In this document: positions 61,646-64,000 of the stretch, in pieces
Layout: every line of letters begins with the position of its first letter
How positions within the stretch are numbered: the first letter of the stretch is position 1
Origin: Candidatus Micrarchaeota archaeon
GTDB taxonomy: Archaea > Micrarchaeota > Micrarchaeia > Micrarchaeales > Micrarchaeaceae
Assembly: GCA_021797895.1 (NCBI GenBank)
Contig: JAJZYW010000001.1
Span: forward strand, 25,506-89,505
Length of the DNA: 64,000 nt
Direction: 5' to 3'
The notes under the pieces: generated by a model
The model's input: only the letters and a program-made list of their open reading frames with translations
The model's database searches: none
What the model was told of the DNA's origin: nothing
Made by a program: the position numbers and the translations under genes

Positions 61646-62419
61646 TTAACGTATGTAGGAGGGTATGTCGCCGCTTGCTTCAGGGCCCTGGACCCCCTGG
61701 GAATTCATCTGTTTCTCCGCCTCCTTTATCGCCTCGGCGGTGTTCCTTATTATTATGTCAAGGTTGTTAGTGTCAACCTTCAGGTTTATGGCGTCGGAGA
61801 GAACCATTATGACTGCCTTGGCTGCAGAAGCATCGAGGTCCATTATCTTGGTCTCGCCCATCAGGCATATGCCGGGTATCCTCTTCATCTTCGCGAATGC
61901 CAGTATCATTCCAGCGGAGCCCATTATTGTGCCACGTGACTTCCCTATTAGTATGTCAGACTTCTTGAACATGCTGAACACGGAAGGGCTTGTGGCGTTG
62001 GCGAAAACGCGTGGTTTCTCTATCGATCCCTCGCCTGAATTATATCCGCCTATGGTGTAGATGAATTTTCCGCCAAGCTCTCCGGTAAAGAAATCCACTA
62101 TCGCCTCGTTTATCTCATACTGCGATTCCTGTGTCATGGCCTGCACATCACCAGTAAGCAGCACTATATCGCTTTCCGACTTCTGCCTTTTTATTACGTA
62201 GAACGAGTTGTTAAGGAAGCGGAGCCCGCCGTTGCGCTTCATCATCACCTGCGGTGGGAAACCTGGAGAGTACACGGTGGCTATGCGCTTCGCCTTGAAT
62301 TCCTTTTTTAGATGCCTTACGACTATTTTGCCGACATTTCCCACTCCTGGAAAACCTGCGATAAGTATGGGGTTCCTGAGCTTGACATTCCTGTTTTTTA
62401 TTATTATGGTATTCTTCAT
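61646..62419 (-). CDS. PAC2-family (COG1938) proteasome assembly chaperone-like protein, paralogue 2
   Basis: The RNPILIAGFPGVGNVGKIVVRHL motif parallels paralogue 1. Its position downstream of aIF2alpha is conserved in archaea. Confidence 0.75.
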   Translation of the reverse strand: MKNTIIIKNRNVKLRNPILIAGFPGVGNVGKIVVRHLKKEFKAKRIATVYSPGFPPQVMMKRNGGLRFLNNSFYVIKRQKSESDIVLLTGDVQAMTQESQYEINEAIVDFFTGELGGKFIYTIGGYNSGEGSIEKPRVFANATSPSVFSMFKKSDILIGKSRGTIMGSAGMILAFAKMKRIPGICLMGETKIMDLDASAAKAVIMVLSDAINLKVDTNNLDIIIRNTAEAIKEAEKQMNSQGVQGPEASGDIPSYIR

Positions 62420-62427
62420 CCAATCCC

Positions 62428-63249
62428 TTACAGCTTGTTCAGTATGTTTTCCTTCTCCTTGTGCATCTTCTCTTTCTCTATCGCGATGTCTTCCGAGCCC
62501 AGCAGGCTTTTCACCGCCTCGACTGCCTTCTTGACCTTTTCCTCAGCTTCGGAATAGCTAGCTCCGGAAGCGTTGAGCTTGTATTTCGGCGCGCTTACGT
62601 ACGTTATGCTCACTCCGCTCTCAGCCTGTGCCTTGGCGAACACAGAGCGAAGTGTGGTGACTCCGGAGTCTGTATTGTTCGTCTGAACGGTCATAGTGTA
62701 GGAAACCAAGTAGTCCCTCTTGACGTTGCTTGCCTCTATCAGCTTTATTATCGCTTCCTTGAACTTCTTCGGGAGCTTAGATGTGTCTATGTCTGCAGGC
62801 GAGTACTTTGCGGCTTCTATCAGCTTTGTATACGTGCCGAAATCTGCAAGCATTTTGCTTTCTATAGACTCTTTTGACTGCTGCTCCTTCGCTATCTTTA
62901 TCGCCTGGCTGAAAAGGGCCTTTGAGCGTTTCTCCAGATTGAATGCGCGCAGCTTGTCCTTCGATTCCTTCGGAGTTACCTTTTTGAGAGAGACGTCTAT
63001 GGTGTTCCTGTTTGTATCGTAGAATATGATTTTGCACACTATTTTCTGGCCTTCATGGACGAATTCGTGTATATTCTTTACCCAACCGGATGACACCTCC
63101 CTTATCGGCAGGAACACCTCGATGTCGTTGTATTCCGGCAGCATGCAGTATGCCCCGAAAGGCTCTACCTTCTTCACAACAGCTATCGCTAGCGAATTGA
63201 CTGCTGGCCTATTGTATGCGTTGCTGGCGTTTTTGCTGTATTCTGCCAT
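62428..63249 (-). CDS. eif2a: Translation initiation factor 2 alpha subunit (aIF2alpha)
   Basis: An N-terminal S1 domain (AVVKKVEPFGAYCMLPEYNDIEVFLPIREVSSGWVKNI) is followed by helical and alpha-beta domains. 273 aa. Confidence 0.9.
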   Translation of the reverse strand: MAEYSKNASNAYNRPAVNSLAIAVVKKVEPFGAYCMLPEYNDIEVFLPIREVSSGWVKNIHEFVHEGQKIVCKIIFYDTNRNTIDVSLKKVTPKESKDKLRAFNLEKRSKALFSQAIKIAKEQQSKESIESKMLADFGTYTKLIEAAKYSPADIDTSKLPKKFKEAIIKLIEASNVKRDYLVSYTMTVQTNNTDSGVTTLRSVFAKAQAESGVSITYVSAPKYKLNASGASYSEAEEKVKKAVEAVKSLLGSEDIAIEKEKMHKEKENILNKL

Positions 63250-63536
63250 TATTTCTTTACCTCAAGTTTCTTCTTCGTCCTTGTGCCGAATACTTTCTCC
63301 ACAGTGTAACTGCACACCTTGCACTTGAGCAGCGTTTTCTGCTTCTTGGAGATCTTCTTCATGGTGGCCTGTCCCTTGACCTTGCCCTTTATTCCTTTCC
63401 TTTTTCTGACGTTCCTCCTGTTGCCTATGTTCATTCCTATTCCAAACCCTGGGCCTTTGGAATACAGTTTTACGCTGTGCACAGTGTGCTTATTGCACTT
63501 CGGGCAAAAGGTTTTCACTTCTTTTTCTATTTCCAT
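63249..63536 (-). CDS. rpl44e: 50S ribosomal protein L44e (eL42)
   Basis: FCPKCNKHTVHSVKLYSKG...KISKKQKTLLKCKVCSYT is the zinc-ribbon pattern of L44e. 95 aa. Confidence 0.9.
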   Translation of the reverse strand: MEIEKEVKTFCPKCNKHTVHSVKLYSKGPGFGIGMNIGNRRNVRKRKGIKGKVKGQATMKKISKKQKTLLKCKVCSYTVEKVFGTRTKKKLEVKK

Positions 63537-63548
63537 CGTATCACTTTC

Positions 63549-64000
63549 CTATTTTGTGCATATGCCATTGTTTAGTAGGAACTCTGCATCCGATTCATCA
63601 TCCACGTATATTGTATTGTTCTTCATCAGTGGGCCTATCTTATTTCCGGACGGCAGTATTATTTCAGGAACTTCCTGCTTCACCTTCAATCCAGTATTTT
63701 CCTTTTGTACAGCTTCAAATCCATGTCCCGAAAATAGGTTTTCCTGGAATGTTTTTGAATATGTTGCTACTGTTTTGTAAAAATCCAGCTCCTCTTTAGG
63801 CAGTGTTTGCTGGATTGGCTTGTTGTAAGCAACATATGCAAGCAGTTTTTGCTTTCTCAATTCTATTATGTTGGTTAATATTTTTATTAGGTTTGTTTTA
63901 AGGTCTGAATCCTCTGATTTTTTAGCTTCATCATAAAACTCAATCGCATCGTGGTAAAAATTCTTATCGACCTGCTGCAGCATGCTGCTCTTCCGTTCCT
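63549..64000 (-). CDS. GINS subunit (Gins51/Gins15-like), probably 5'-truncated by the window end
   Basis: A helical A-domain (IIELRKQKLLAYV...LPKEELDFYK) is followed by a small B-domain (VKQEVPEIILPSGNKIGPLMKNNTIYVDDESDAEFLLNNGI). The frame stays open upstream of ATG 63983 to position 64000. The neighbourhood with L44e-aIF2alpha fits archaeal GINS. Confidence 0.55.
   Translation of the reverse strand, partial: ERKSSMLQQVDKNFYHDAIEFYDEAKKSEDSDLKTNLIKILTNIIELRKQKLLAYVAYNKPIQQTLPKEELDFYKTVATYSKTFQENLFSGHGFEAVQKENTGLKVKQEVPEIILPSGNKIGPLMKNNTIYVDDESDAEFLLNNGICTK

Overview
This is a very gene-dense archaeal chromosome segment with about 60 protein genes, 4 tRNAs and almost no non-coding DNA. Several convergent gene pairs abut or overlap at their stop codons. 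All calls come from reading motifs by eye; no database search was run, and start codons are often ambiguous by a few codons.

The content is overwhelmingly housekeeping:
- Fe-S assembly: sufB (partial).
- Ribosomal clusters: L30e-S12-S7-EF2, L7Ae-S28e-L24e, adk-DUF106-L34e-cmk-L14e, and GINS-L44e-aIF2alpha-PAC2.
- Replication, repair and division: smc, ftsZ, radA, gyrB-gyrA, an Lhr-like helicase, an SSB, and an Mre11-like nuclease paired with a DHH phosphoesterase.
- Other core functions: thermosome, prefoldin beta, deoxyhypusine synthase, diphthine synthase, rpoK.
- Metabolism: proline dehydrogenase and P5C dehydrogenase, ADP-forming acetyl-CoA synthetase, a class-III aminotransferase, and an isolated nuoA-B-C-D block.
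- Envelope: PAP2, DUF929, GT4, a flippase-like protein, VKOR, Sec11-type signal peptidase, and a sequon-rich repeat surface protein.

I saw no rRNA, CRISPR array, transposase or integrase.

The most unusual layer is tRNA biology. Three of the four tRNAs carry introns:
- tRNA-Leu(UAA) has an intron at a non-canonical D-loop position.
- tRNA-Trp(CCA) has a 61-nt intron containing a box C/D-like guide aimed at C34.
- tRNA-Gly(CCC) has a 14-nt intron with a textbook bulge-helix-bulge.

The window also encodes a 391-aa three-unit tRNA splicing endonuclease of the kind described for ARMAN/Micrarchaeota-type ultrasmall archaea. An ARMAN-like or other DPANN host is therefore a reasonable inference, but it is not proven.

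Other items worth follow-up:
- Both PAC2 paralogues are followed within 1-2 nt by an intron-containing tRNA.
- A tiny, extremely basic tandem-repeat protein with no recognisable family.
- A tail-anchored protein with two winged-helix-like modules.
- A possible split VKOR plus DUF929 (CPYC) disulfide system.
- A candidate small RNA upstream of radA.

I did not find a convincing multi-gene novel system such as a defence island.
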